Both the position numbers and the translations under genes were made by a program. Under the pieces are notes generated by a model, which ran no database searches, had not been told where the DNA came from, and was given only the letters and a program-made list of their open reading frames with translations. This document shows, piece by piece, positions 12,156 through 25,297 of a DNA stretch of 64,000 nucleotides. Each line of letters starts with the position of its first letter. The first letter of the stretch is position 1. The DNA comes from Batkoa obscura (Eukaryota): the NCBI GenBank assembly GCA_030770535.1, contig JASVEC010000027.1, forward strand, positions 372,001 through 436,000. Reading direction: 5' to 3'.

Positions 12156-13072
12156 AAATAAATATATTCATTTTACTTTATAAATGCTGACTTAAATTAA
12201 TAAATTGCTAATTAAAGTACTAGAAATTCGCTTTTAAACTAGTTTTTAAATAACAGAATACACCTTTTTATTTTTAACTTTTCATGTACATTTATCATCC
12301 CTTTTTGTTATTTAATTTTATTTTGATAATAGTTTATAATGAATATAAATCTGATAAATCTTTTATTTAGATAAATTAATTTTTTATACAAATTCCTGAG
12401 ATAACGATTTTCCCAAGTGATCCAACGAAGCAAATTTAGAGAAGAAGTGGTGAAGATGTCTGTGTTTCTTTTAAAAGGGGTCTCTTAATTCTCAACTACA
12501 AAAACGTATAATTTAGCGATGATTTCTGATTTAGTTACAGCATCTTAAATATTTTTTTTGAAAATTCAAGCTAGAATAAATACCACTTCAAAAGTCAGCT
12601 TTATCAAGATCTTTAAAGAATTAAATATTTAAATATATTATTTTCAATTTATGTTCAAAAAGTAAAATTGTTACAATTTTTATGTATTTTATATTGAAAA
12701 ATTTATAGATATATATGCAAGTACTAAAGTTCACTAACTTCTTTAATTTAATTTAGTTTAATTTACTATTGTACAATGTAAAAAATGACCAGTTGTGAGA
12801 GCAAGCAATTTTTATTTCCTACATTAACTGGAAGACTATAATTTGATTTCAATTAATATAATTATCGAACAATAAATAATAGTCATACCTTTTAAGTGTT
12901 CTTATAATTGTACATATTTCTTATAAAAGTTGTATCTGTATATTTTCATTACTCTATTTTTTCAAAACTTATTTAAATATAACTTTTTATTTTGTTACTT
13001 AAGTATTTCATAAATAATCTTGGTTTCCTTGACAAAGAATCTTCACTTTAAAATAAAGTTATTTTTGTATAT

Positions 13073-13171
13073 GAGGATATATTTTTTTGTTTAAGAATTT
13101 TACTAACAATTTTTCCACTCAAATAGCGCTTAAAAAATGGAAAAAGTGATGAAACCAAAAAAAACATCCCC
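13073..13171 (+). mobile_element. MITE family A copy
   Basis: ATAT / ATGT flanks, GAG..CCC termini, near-consensus internal sequence. Confidence 0.85.
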
Positions 13172-14004
13172 ATGTATAATTGTTTTGCTGTCGAACCAAT
13201 AACGTCATTATTATTTTGAACAAAAATACTAAAGTAATATATAAAACACTCCCACATCACCAAGAAGCAAATATGTAAGTATCAATAAACTTGGCCTGTT
13301 TGTCAACGCGGATAGTAGTTTTGGAAATAGGAGTTACCTATTAAAGAGCGCTAATTGCTATCAAAATCTTTAATATTCCTTAATATTAAAGCTTTTTTCC
13401 GGCCTTTTTTTGAAGTTTTATTCTTATACATTGTGTGCTTATAATTTTTTACAGTCATATTAAATTTCATGTACAACTTTTTGTTCAAGTTTATACCACA
13501 ACTTATATAATTATATATATATATCTTTCTGTATTAGTTTAAGTCATAAACGCCAGAATTTTCAAGTGGAATTTTAAATAATTTTAGTAAGGGAACTATA
13601 TTCTAGCGAAGCTTCTTTCTCTTTTGCAAAAAACTTTTCAATCCCACCTTTTTATTGACAAAAGCCGTCATGCATACACTTTTTCAATGTTCTTTTCATT
13701 TCATACTTGTCCATAATAGTTAAAGCCCCCCTAAGGTTGTTGCTATAAATAATTCTTTAATCTTTTATACTCTAAACGTCATTCTACCAGGTCTTAGCAT
13801 CTATATTACAAATGTTTTGTATTCAAATGGGCTAACAATATGAAAGTAAGAAAAAAATCAAGATTATTGATGAAAATAAATACCAGCTTTGATTCATAGC
13901 CGAAAAGCTATAATACAAGTAATCCAGGTCAAAAAGCTACTCTTATAACGCCAGCTCATATAGCACGCCTCATTTTCATTCGAGTCAATTTAAACAAAAA
14001 AAAA

Positions 14005-14266
14005 AGCTTCAGATTTGCTTAATTTTCGTGCTTCCACTAGCCTCGGAGCTTACTAAGTTAATTATCTGAATTCGTACAATGTAATTCAATCTGGAACTAC
14101 TTATGGTTAGTCTCTCAGATCATACTCTGGTACTAGTTTAGGTAATAACGCCGCTATTATTTCTAATGTAACTGGATCTGTTGGTAATTTGAATAACTAT
14201 GGTTTATCTACTGGATTAGGTGTTATTGATACTAGAACTAGCTTCAATGGTTACAACAACGCTACA
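14005..14266 (+). pseudogene. 5'-truncated pseudogene of the Gly/Ser/Asn-rich secreted protein at 32427-33110
   Basis: Translates FRASTSLGAY*VNYLNS..SGTTYG*SL..GNNAAIISN..GLSTGLGVIDTRTSFNGYNNAT, colinear with the C-terminus of the intact gene; stops sit at Gln positions. Confidence 0.85.
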
Positions 14267-14745
14267 CCATATCATCAATTTATTAATAAAAATTTAATTT
14301 TAAAACTGTTTCAAAAGTAGCTAAGCTACCTTTATTTCATGCAAATAGTCATTTATAGTTAAATTAACTTTCAAAATTTATATTTTTATTACTAATTAAT
14401 GGATCATATTTAAATATTGGAACTATTCAGGCTTAACGTAGATTTTTGCAACTAAGGATTTTATTTTTAGTTGCTACAATTATAAACAATTATTTCAAAT
14501 CAAATATATTTGTGCTATAAACACATTTCACTCTGTCAGGATTAAAGTTAATTTAGAATATGTCTATAAAAGGCATAGCAATATATGAAATTCAACTCAA
14601 ATGGAGTTATGTTTTTAACTTTAGTTATATTTAAAAGTTGAAAAGAATAATGTGCTTTTAAACTTAAGCTTTATTATCATTTTGTAATCATTTTTACACT
14701 AGTTATAAAATCATAAATCTTGATAAAAAATGGCAATAAATATAT

Positions 14746-14844
14746 AAAGGTGCTTTTTTTGGTTTCATCACTTTTTCTGTTTCTTAGATGCTATTTGAGT
14801 GGAAAAATTATTAGTGAAATTCTTAAACAAAAAAACACATCCCC
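14746..14844 (-). mobile_element. MITE family A copy
   Basis: ATAT TSD at 14742-14745 and 14845-14848; family sequence in reverse orientation. Confidence 0.85.
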
Positions 14845-15176
14845 ATATGATGACTTTTAATCATTTATTTGGGGTTTATATTGCTTTTAGTGCTTCCCTT
14901 TTTATAGACGATGTACTATTTAGCTCATAAATTTTTAAACAATGTATCAAATCGTTGAAGAACTGAAATGATGGTTGTTATAATTATAAAAATAAAGCAT
15001 CATAATGCTGCCTTTACTTCTAACAATAAACCACTTGGAGGTCTAACTCCTTCAAGATTTAAAAAAAATATTATAATGCTTAAATGTAATAAATACTAAT
15101 AAATAAAAATTAAACCAGTTCTTTGAACCAAATAAATGTGTAAAAGTGAACAAAAAGTACTCTAAACACTCAAAAA

Positions 15177-15596
15177 ATATTAACTGCATCTAAAATTCTT
15201 TATCTCCCTACTATCACTATTATTTTAGAGTCTAATCCAAGTAGCCCCGTCAATTATAAAGTAAAATATAACCTCAAATTTGAAAAACTTGGCCCTCTCA
15301 TTGGTCGAATTAAATATAGAATGGGTTCTTATTGTTTTATTCTGTATGATAGCTAATTATCTACCTTCATATTCAAAATTTTAAAAGTTACTTTCGACCT
15401 TATCTGCGCTTCTGCATTTAGAGAGGCAAGTAGTGATGGTGAATTCGGTTTAAACTTTGAAAATTGTTCAAACGATAATATTAAAATCAATTTCTCCGAA
15501 TCTAGAACTAGCACCAAATCTGAAGTTGAATTCAATTGCGTTAATACTGATTAATATAGTTTATATTATAACGGTATTGGAAATATTTCTGGTTAG
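15177..15596 (+). pseudogene. Pseudogene of the small secreted Cys-rich protein at 30977-31405
   Basis: Full-length colinear copy (IKYRM, SDLICASAF, SSDGEFGLNFENCS, KSEVEFNCVNTD*, IGNISG*). ATG>ATA, Cys>Tyr changes, internal stop and frameshifts. Confidence 0.88.
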
Positions 15597-16111
15597 TTTA
15601 GTAAAATATGAAACATAATTGTAAAATTTTATTACACAATTTCGGTATTTTAACCAATATAATTTTATTTAATTTTATAGCTAAATAATAATTAGCTTGT
15701 ACATAAAAGTGGCTACTCAACTTACATTATAAACATAACCTTAATTTAGAATACATTATTTTGTAATCATACTATAAAAGGATAGAATAATTATTAGTTT
15801 AATTAAATACCTGCTTTAGTTAAAGCAACTTTATACACAAAAATGTCTAGAATACAGTATTTTAATTGTTGATAATATGCTTCAAGGAGAGAAAAAAGTG
15901 TAAGCAAACCATTGCTTTAAACTTTGATGGTAGTTTATGATAATTATGTATTTATTACCGAGTTTTTTATATCACCGGAAGAGGAAAGTCCTTAATCAGT
16001 TTAATAGTATAATATAAATAGATTTAAATAGGTAGTAAAGGAAAGAAAGGGCTATAGAGACAATAAATTTTAATCTACTTGATTTTATTATACTTTCTAA
16101 AAATTACTATA

Positions 16112-16449
16112 GGGGAGGGTCAAAAATTTTGTAGGATGAAGAGGTTGTAGGTGTAGTGTTTTAGGCTTTTTGTACTAGTTTATTACTTAGATTATAATTG
16201 CAACATGTACCGAGTTTTGTATTAATAATTGACCACTTTTGAGATACAATAAAAAGCTAAGCTATTTGAAAAAACCATACATTTCACTAATACTCACCTT
16301 TGAAGCTTAGTTTAAATCTTAAAGACAGGAAATCTAATTAAGATAGAGCTCAGCGCATACTATAATTACAACACATACAACAAACTAGTTCAAGAAACCT
16401 AACACACTACAACTAAAACACCTTAATCCTAGGACTTTTTTATATCCCC
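16112..16449. mobile_element. Degenerate long-TIR foldback element (MITE-like)
   Basis: Arms of about 130 bp (gggga...taggatgaag...tgtagtgt...actagttt vs aaactagt...acactaca...atccta...tcccc); no clear TSD. Confidence 0.55.
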
Positions 16450-17526
16450 ATCACATTATTAAAGCAAAAACAAATATCAAGTTAATTTAGTTTTTAGTAT
16501 AGTTTAATTTAACTGCAAAAATTCAGAAGTAAATATCTTATCAGAAGTTAGTATTAAATATCACTTAATTTCAAACATAATTAAAGCATATAAAACAAAT
16601 TCATACAGAATTTATCTAAATTTAATCTTTTATTTTTAAAATGATGAGATCATGAGTAAAACTATACAAAAAATAGTATTATTTAATATCTCATAAAATG
16701 ATTGAAAATAAAAATGTATTAAAGAATATGGGGTGAACGTGGTAAAGTATACTATATGACTGCAAAAAATGTTTTTATATTCTTAAAATTTTAGCCTTCA
16801 CCCCACTTTATTCGAATCAGTTGGGTTTAAAGAATCTAGTTTGTGATAATTAACTGTAATAAAGTTGAAATCTGAAATCCAAATCAATATTTTATTTTTA
16901 TTTTAAACAAATACACCTTTAGGTTATGCTTTTAATGTCTTGAATATCTTAAGTAATATCAAATAAAACCCCAAATTCTTTAAAAATTTTAATTATCTAA
17001 ATATGTCTTACTTAGAAAACTTTGTTATTTCCACCCCAATTTTGGGCTTTGTTTTGTATTTCCTTTGGATTTAACGGTGGTTGATCGGTTGATCAAGTTA
17101 TCTATTCATAGATAAGTATATTTCCACCATTTATTAATATCGAAAAATTCTCTGTAAAAACGACTTTAGTGGCAATAGTATAAAATATATTATTATATTA
17201 AACATATTGAAGTTAAAGTCTATATAAAACTTCAAGCTTCGGGGTTTTCTACATGATAAAACTATTATTTTTGAAAGCCTCAATTTATGGCCTTTTCAGA
17301 ATACATAAAAGTACGTATTAAGTTTTACATTATGCGATTTTCCTTTAAAAAAAAGCTGGGAAATTTATCTGCAAAACATTTTAAAACGGTGCTATAATTT
17401 AAGTAGAATATTTACTTAACCAATTCTTAAATTATGCAGATCGCATATTGATTTTTTAATAAAAAAGTATATAAATAAACCTATTATCTACTAACTTCCA
17501 AATAAAATAATTTATTTTAATAAAAC

Positions 17527-18540
17527 ATGGCTACAGTTGATAAAAATACCGCTGCCCTTGGTGGAAATTTTGAAAATCCAGTAGTCTTCCCTACTAGCAA
17601 TGCTATTGTACCAAATGAAAGAGCTTCAATTGATAACAATTCTTTAAATCGTTATCAAATCCACGATGCTGGCATTAAACAGGAATATCGACACCAATAC
17701 AGTGATACTACCCGCGTTGAAAATGGAGCTGACTTTGACTTGGCTAAGTTAAGTGCCTACGGTAGATTTCGTTATAATTTGAGAGAATACTTTGCTGAAT
17801 TTTTGGGCACTTTAATTTTGGTTACTTTTGGTGATGGTGCAGTTGCACTTGCAGTAACCAATGCTAATGCTAAAGGTTCTGGAGCAATTATTATTTCATT
17901 GGGTTTTGCTTTTGCTTTAATGTTAGCCGTCTTTATTGCTAGCCCTGTTTCTGGAGCTCATGTAAACCCTGCTATCACTTTAGCAAATGCTCTTTTAAGA
18001 GGCTTTCCTTGGAAAAAGGTGCCTGGTTATATGTTTGCCCAACTATTCGGAGCTTTTTGCGGGGCTTGTTTAGTTATGTTATTTAATTATCCTGCTATTG
18101 ATCTATTTGACGGTGGTATTAGAGCTACCAGTGGGAACCTTGCTACTGCTGGAATCTTTGCTACATATCCAGCTCCAAATGTAACTACTGCAAATGCATT
18201 CTTTATTGAAATGTTAAGTACCGCTTTCTTAATTCTTGGCATCCTTGGTATTAATGATGAGAGACATGCCACTCCTTCTTGGTTAGCTCCTATTGCATGC
18301 GGGTTTACAATAGGTGCCATTAGTTTTAGTACTGGTTGGTTAACCGGATTTGCTTTGAATCCAGCCAGAGATATGGGACCAAGATTATTTACGATGGCAG
18401 CAGGCTGGGGCACAGAGCCGTTCACTGCAGCAAATCATTATTTTTGGGTACCATTAATTGCACCTTTTTTTGGAGCCATCTTTGGTATTATTGTATATGA
18501 CTTTTTCATAGCACCACCTTTAGTTAAAAGAGTCATTTAA
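17527..18540 (+). CDS. Aquaglyceroporin (MIP family, GlpF/Fps1-like)
   Basis: AEFLGT, SGAHVNPA and ALNPARD(MGPR) motifs; six TM segments. Confidence 0.95.
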   Translation: MATVDKNTAALGGNFENPVVFPTSNAIVPNERASIDNNSLNRYQIHDAGIKQEYRHQYSDTTRVENGADFDLAKLSAYGRFRYNLREYFAEFLGTLILVTFGDGAVALAVTNANAKGSGAIIISLGFAFALMLAVFIASPVSGAHVNPAITLANALLRGFPWKKVPGYMFAQLFGAFCGACLVMLFNYPAIDLFDGGIRATSGNLATAGIFATYPAPNVTTANAFFIEMLSTAFLILGILGINDERHATPSWLAPIACGFTIGAISFSTGWLTGFALNPARDMGPRLFTMAAGWGTEPFTAANHYFWVPLIAPFFGAIFGIIVYDFFIAPPLVKRVI

Positions 18541-20490
18541 ATGAACCCTTCATCTTCATTATATATATAAAAATAAACATCTTTTTAAATTTAACTAATC
18601 CCTTTCTCTAGGATTTTGTAAATTTTTAACCATTACTTTTTATCATAGTGTATCTTCATTAGGTTTTATTTAGACAATACGATATCATGCCATTAATCTG
18701 AGTAAATACGGTAAATTTTTATCTGAATGATACATTCTAATCTTTTAGTTTATTGATTTATTCTGGAGTCTAAACTAGACGTTGTGTCCAACAGATTTAG
18801 AATTTTATTTGACTAAAATTGTAAGCTTTAATTTAAATTAAAATCGTTAGCTGTGTGCTTAAATTTTGCATAAAAAAGCTCAAATAATATTTGAAGGCTG
18901 TTAGTTAAATCAAAAGGTCTAGGCCATCAATTTCAAACTTGTAATCTTTAATTAGCTAATTTTACTGGTTATTTTTTATTGCATAGTATGTTAACGGTTT
19001 ATAAACGGTTATTTTAAAGGCGGGAGTTACAATTATATATATTTAATTTAATTTTATAGTTGTAATGCAAAATTAATTTTCAAAAATAGTATTCATAATT
19101 GGTTTTATTAGTTGGTTGTATTCATAAAAATGTTGCAAGGTAATGGAGCACAAATGTAAATAAATTTCGTAGAAATGAGGAGTTTTAATATTAGTTTTCT
19201 AACTTTTGAAATATTTTAAAAGCATGAGCCCAGTTTATAAAAGGGTGGCGTTTCGTATCTAGCCAAACAGTATTTGAGAATACAAAATAGAAATTTTGGA
19301 TAATGCCTTTGATAACAGGTTTTACAAATGACTAATGCTATGTCTATCCCATATTATCTAAACCATACAATCTTATAATAGGTGTAATATTATAAAAAAT
19401 AAAACAATTATCTGAAGTTTTTTTAGAAATATATCAAACTATAACTGATGGCTTATATTTTATCAAAAGAAATATTGACTATAAATTTAATAAAACTACC
19501 AAAGGTGTATTTATCCATTTAGTATTTTTTTAACTAATAGCTAAAACAATAAATTTGTAACGTGCAATTAATTTATAGTTGAATTATTTGATCATTATAT
19601 ATATTAATTAATTTTGAATCTAGCAGTTCTATAATAGTGAAATTTAAGTAAAAAAATTAGCCCTTTGAGTATCAAAAGCCAAAAAAATTTTGTTCGATTG
19701 GGTCAATTTCATTTAAGCCGTGTGAGCAATGTTCGTCTGCGGTACTCAAGTAGCTAATCATACAAAATCAAATCAAAAAAAAAAACACAAAATTTACCTC
19801 GAATTTTAAAAAAAAACTAAAACTAAAACTAAAATTGCTTCAAAGTAAATAAGCATTTTTATTTGAATAGAATTTAACTATTTTTAATTTTAAGCTTAAA
19901 CAGTGAACAAAACGTCGAAGGGTAAGAAGTCGCAACTTTTTAACCAGTATTTTTCTGTCACATTAGCTTTTTGAATTAATTTTAATGCAGTTAATTATCT
20001 ACTACTTTTTCATTTTACTTTAATGAAGGCTTTTAAACTATTTCTACCACTTTTACCAAGGTTGTATTTAATGTAGTTGGTATAATAGCTATTTTTACAT
20101 AGATTAATATAAATATATTGTAGCAATGACAAAAGACTTTAAATTATTCTTCTAACGCTTTTATGATTTAAAGTGCCTTATTACCGCTACTTAAATTCTA
20201 CTTTGTATAAATTATTTATAGCCTTTATTTTACCTTTTATCCCATTTACTTATAGTTGTTTTGTAGCTTTCAATAGTCTATTTGTGATTACAGCATACTT
20301 TACACATTGTTTATATCCAGTACAAAAGATTAGTATCTTTATTTGATGATTTGTTTGATGTCAATAGTGAGAATTTAATAAAATTTGAAATTATTTAAAT
20401 TTCAAAATTACTAAACCATTCAAAACCCGAACATAAAAATTAAGCTCAAAATTTCAAAAGCTTTCTTTTACTCAAAGTAAAGTATAAAAT

Positions 20491-21207
20491 ATGGGCCTTT
20501 CTGAACCACGCAAGAAGCAACGCATTGGTGAAGATCCACAAAACACAACATGGAGTCAAAGTAAGTGCATCATGCAAAAAATATATAGAAGTTAAACTAA
20601 TCTGGTTTCATTTTAAAGACACCTCCCGCTTTGGTTTTAAAATGCTAGAAAAGATGGGGTGGACACCAGGAAATGGGTTGGGCTTAAATGAGGATGGTTC
20701 AAAGGTTCATATTAAAGCATCAGTTAAAATAGATCAGCGTGGGCTTGGTGCTGATGCTAAGACAGAGGATAACTGGATTGAAAATACATCTGGGTTCTCT
20801 CAGCTTTTAGCCAAGCTCAATGCTGGACAGACTGAAAAGCAAGATGATAAAGAGGAGGAAGAGGTAAAAGATGAAATTAAACCAAAAAAAGAAAAGAAAG
20901 AGAAAAAAGAAAAAAAAGAAAAAAAAAACAAGAAAGAGAAAAGTGATGATAAAAAAACTAAAGAGAGCAAAAAAGAAAAGAAATCGAAAAAAGAGAAAAA
21001 GAGCTCAGATGATGAAACTAGTACTGACAGTAAAAAATCAGTAATAATCACTACCACTAACGTTAGATTACAGTAAGTATACATGTTTGATGGTTTGAAT
21101 TGAATCTAATATAAATTTATAGCTCACGTGCAAAATATGTTAGAAATAAAAGAATGAGTACTAGCGATCCAAGTAATTTAAAAGCTATATTCGGTGTCCG
21201 TGATTAA
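20491..21207 (+). CDS. PXR1: G-patch nucleolar protein Pxr1/Gno1/PinX1, 3 exons
   Basis: MGLSEPRKKQRIGEDPQNTTWS|NTSRFGFKMLEKMGWTPGNGLG; KKE repeats; last exon ends LKAIFGVRD*. Introns at 20561-20618 and about 21073-21122. Confidence 0.88.
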
Positions 21208-21440
21208 ATAGAAATTAAGTTGAACTGCTTTATTTTCGATAGAATTCTATTATTATTTACCCTTTCTGACTCCTTATACTATATCTTCCATCCTTTTATT
21301 AATAAATCTTTTAAGAATGTATATTATACAGGTTAATAAAGTTATACTACATAAAATTATTTTAAAGATATGAAAATAGAAAGATTTTAGAATCTCTAAC
21401 AAAAATAAGTTTATATTTTATTTCTAAAAATGAATTCTAT

Positions 21441-22201
21441 TTATTGAGAAATTTTCAATTCACTAGCCTTTTTGGTGAGAAGTTCCATTTCTTCAGCAAT
21501 TTTTGCTTCCCAAGCTTTATCATCCAACTTAAGAGAGTCTTTAACCTTTTCAATACGTCTTTCAAAAGCCAGCATAGCTTTTTGTTGATTTTTGATTCTT
21601 AAAAACTCTTTTTTATCTAATGAATTGCCCTTCTCTTTACAAGCCAATAAAAACTCGTGGATCTCTTTGGAACTTTTGAAGTTTTTTTCTTCTTTTTCTA
21701 TACGACGACGAGCTTCGGCTTTAACAGTCATAAATGCTTTAAGGTCATTCTCGCCTCCTATATATTCAATGATACCCATAGGTGCGTTATCTCCATGTCT
21801 GTTTCCATTTTTAAATACCCTTGTATATCCACCATCTCTTTCTTTAAATCTTTCAGCTAATTCTTTTAATTTAGGGATAGTTATATCATGTTCCTAATGC
21901 TAATATTAATAACAAGTTATGTAGTTTCTTATTTTGCTTACTCTAACAAAATCTTTACATAAGTTTTCGGAATGTAAGCTGTTTTTTTTAATATGTGTTA
22001 CCATCTAAAGATTAATAATTATCCCTTTTAGCTTATCATATTATTTACCTTATCCGCCAAACGTTGCATTGACTTTGCTTTAACCCAAGTGGTTTCAATA
22101 CGGTCGTTTTTGATCAAAGAGGTTACCATATTCTTTAACATATCCATTCGATGTTGGGTCGTCTTCCGACCCAATTTTTTTAAGTGTTTGCCATGATACA
22201 T
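21441..22201 (-). CDS. MRPL17: Mitochondrial ribosomal protein bL17m, 3 exons
   Basis: [43 protein letters not shown] ... ERDGGYTRV ... [11 protein letters not shown]. Confidence 0.9.
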
Positions 22202-22544
22202 TATGTAGGATTAGATATTGAAAATTTGATTATTTTTAGATTGGATTTAAAAACTATCATTACCCATAATTCTAATCCTAATATTTTTGCAATGATGAGC
22301 TTTTGCAAATTATTTGCAGGCATTTTTTTGCAGCTATTGGTTATCATAGACTATTGTGGCCAATGAAAATCAAAATATATCCACAATAGACTAAACTATT
22401 TACCATTTTAAATTAAATCATGAATGAGCAAAGTCGTAATTAAAAATCAAGTATTGAAAAATATTAATTTTATCTTGAATTTTACTTTTGTAAAGGATTG
22501 GAAGAAGAATTTAATATATAAGCTTCAATCAGTAACTATAAAAA

Positions 22545-23470
22545 ATGGCTAGTCAAGGAAACAACAATAATGAATTAAACACTAATAATAGTGAAACAAA
22601 AATAAATGAAAGCGCAGGACAGAACGGAAACCAAGCTAACGATTTGGACTCAACAAGATCGCTTGAAACTGCAGAAGTAATATTTGAAATTTGATTGAGT
22701 TTTAAAATAATTTAGTTTTTTAAAGGAACTTGAAGCCATGAAACAGAGAGTGAAAGAAATGGAAGAGGAAGCAGCTAGACTAAAAAATTTGCATGAAAAT
22801 TTTGAAGGTGAAATAATGTATTTAACTGAAGAAGGTATTATCTTTATCAATTAGTATTTGAATTTATTAAATTTCATTTAGAAAAAGCAGAAATTGATTC
22901 AAGATCCATTTATGTAGGGAATGTAAGCTCTATATACGGATTAACAAATTAACATTTAATAAAATTAAAGGTGGATTACACTGTTACCCCAGACAAATTA
23001 CAGGAGCATTTCGTATCTTGTGGTAATATCAATAGAGTTACCATTATTTGTGATAAAGTTACTCAACAACCAAAAGGGTACTTTTGTTGTATAGTTTTTG
23101 AAAGCTTACTAATAATTTAGCTTTGGTTATATTGAATTTTCAGATGCTTCTTTAGTTGCTAATGCTTTAGTTTTAAATGACTCCGTGCTTAACGGTCGTC
23201 AAATCAAAGTATGGCTTTTGTTGTTTATTATTTTATATTATTAAATATAATCTTAGGTACTTAATAAACGTACTAACTTACCTGGAATGGGGTCTAATCG
23301 TGGTAAAAGTAACCACATTCGCGGTGGACGTGGACGCGGACGCGGTGGACGTGGTGGACGTGGTGGACGTGGTAGAGGAAATAGGTAATTAAAAACATAG
23401 TCTAGAGTTCAAAAAATGCTAATTTAATACTAGATCCCGTCGTCCACCTATCCATTATGCCCCTTATTAA
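22545..23470 (+). CDS. PABPN1: Nuclear poly(A)-binding protein (PABPN1/Pab2), multi-exon
   Basis: Coiled coil [55 protein letters not shown] tail; C-terminal HYAPY*. Confidence 0.9.
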
Positions 23471-23744
23471 AAAGATAGAGATTTTGCACTATCAGTATAT
23501 TGAGTTTATCTATAATTTGGTATGATAAAACTAATCATATTGATTGGTTAATTTCTTTCATTCCTTATTATTAGAATAATCATCTTCGTTAACATTAGTA
23601 AAAAAAAATAAGCTATAAAAAAATACATGTTTAACTTCAAAATAATAGATTAAAAGTTTTATTTAAAATATATAAATAATAAATTTGTACTTTTAGTGTT
23701 TAGTTTTTTGTTTTTATTATTTTTCTGTTCGTAATTTCTATATT

Positions 23745-25249
23745 TTATACCTTTTTACCCTTAGATTCTATAGATGGTCTTAATGCTGAAATAGTGACAA
23801 GGATAGCTTCCTATAAAAAAGTAAATACTACAAACAACAATAATAGAAATAATATTACCTCAGTACGAATAGTTCTAGATCCTTGAGAAGGACAAGTATT
23901 TATCCAAAAATCAAAAAGAGAAGAAGCTTCATCCCCAGCAATTTGTAAACTTTGATCTGCATCAACAGCTGCTTCAATACCTGCTACACCACCAAATACT
24001 ATAATTAAATGGCTACCCATTCATTAGTACATTTAACTATATTCAATATCATTAATTACTTAAATTCGGGCATTTTAGAATGAAAACTATCAATAGATTC
24101 TCCTCTTTCTGAAGTACCAATCTTCAAGTCATAACCACCCTTTAGATTATTAGTAAAATAGTGTTAACTATAACAATAATTTTTACCTTGTATGGAGATT
24201 GATCGAAAACATTTGATAAATTGCTAGCATGGCGTACTTGATAACCCCAATAGATACCATCTTCTTCACGTGGTTTTTTATAGCTTACTACTTTTCCACG
24301 GATATAACTTGATTTGATAGCATTGACTATTTAAAGATATTATTTACTTGTTAATTTTATATTATTATTTTACAATCTCTATCTTGTTCATCAATTTCTA
24401 CAGTTACTCGAGTCCCTGGCTTAATACTTTTATCAAGCGATAATTCCTTAGATTGTTAGCGTATAATACACATTATTACTATTTATTACTTTTTTTAAAC
24501 CACAATAAGCAAACGACCCTTTGTTTTGTTTAATTGGCTTATTCAATATGACACCTTCTCTAAAGCGAGAAATTTCGCTTGATCTCAAATGGTGTGGACA
24601 ATCTAGTGGATTTAATAACCCTAATAACTTGTTAAACAACCAAGCATATTAAACAATACTAAAAGTTACCAGCAAATTGTAAATCTTTATGGATAGGAAA
24701 TAACTGTTTTCTTAAATATCTTTATGGAATGTAATTTAGCACTATTAAATTTTTAAAGCTTAAGGCTTACTGTGGAGTTTCTAAATACTGTAAAACACGA
24801 GCCATAAACAGATCTGGATTTTGTATGTTGTTTGCTGGCTCGAAAGTGCCCGATAAGTCACTCGCTACTTCTTTATATGCGTTTTGTGCTTCAATAGGGC
24901 TTAAGTTGTCGTTATACACCACTACCTCATCCACATTAAATACTACTAATGCTCTTGCTATCTAGTTTATATAAAGTTCACTTATTTGTTTATCTATCCT
25001 TATTATTATTTACTTGTCCAACTAAATAAGTCCTCAACTCTTGGGATTGAGCATTTGCGACTATTGACCCAGGTATTGCTACACTTACAGTATATTTTCT
25101 TGGTTCTCCTTTTAATATAGTCTCTTTTTTTTCGCCAGAATTCAAAGGTATCAGATTAGCATTGCTTAAAGCTATCCTTTCAGTAACTCTCCTCTATTGA
25201 AATTTAATATTGTATTATTTAGTTGTTATTTTATTACTTTTTTCATCAT
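23745..25249 (-). CDS. SPOUT1: SPOUT RNA methyltransferase (SPOUT1/C9orf114 family), multi-exon; start uncertain
   Basis: YTVSVAIPGSIVANAQ, LQYLETPQYLRK, LLNPLDCPHH, GIYWGYQVR, NTCPSQGSRTIRTEEA. Confidence 0.85.
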
Positions 25250-25297
25250 TTTAATAAAAATGCAATTTTATAATATTATTTCAATAGTAATAAAATT

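Noticed and set aside
13048..13263. 71-aa minus-strand ORF
   Set aside because: About half of it is the open frame of a MITE copy; non-ATG start and no other support.
15353..15535. 60-aa minus-strand ORF
   Set aside because: Antisense to the Cys-rich protein pseudogene.
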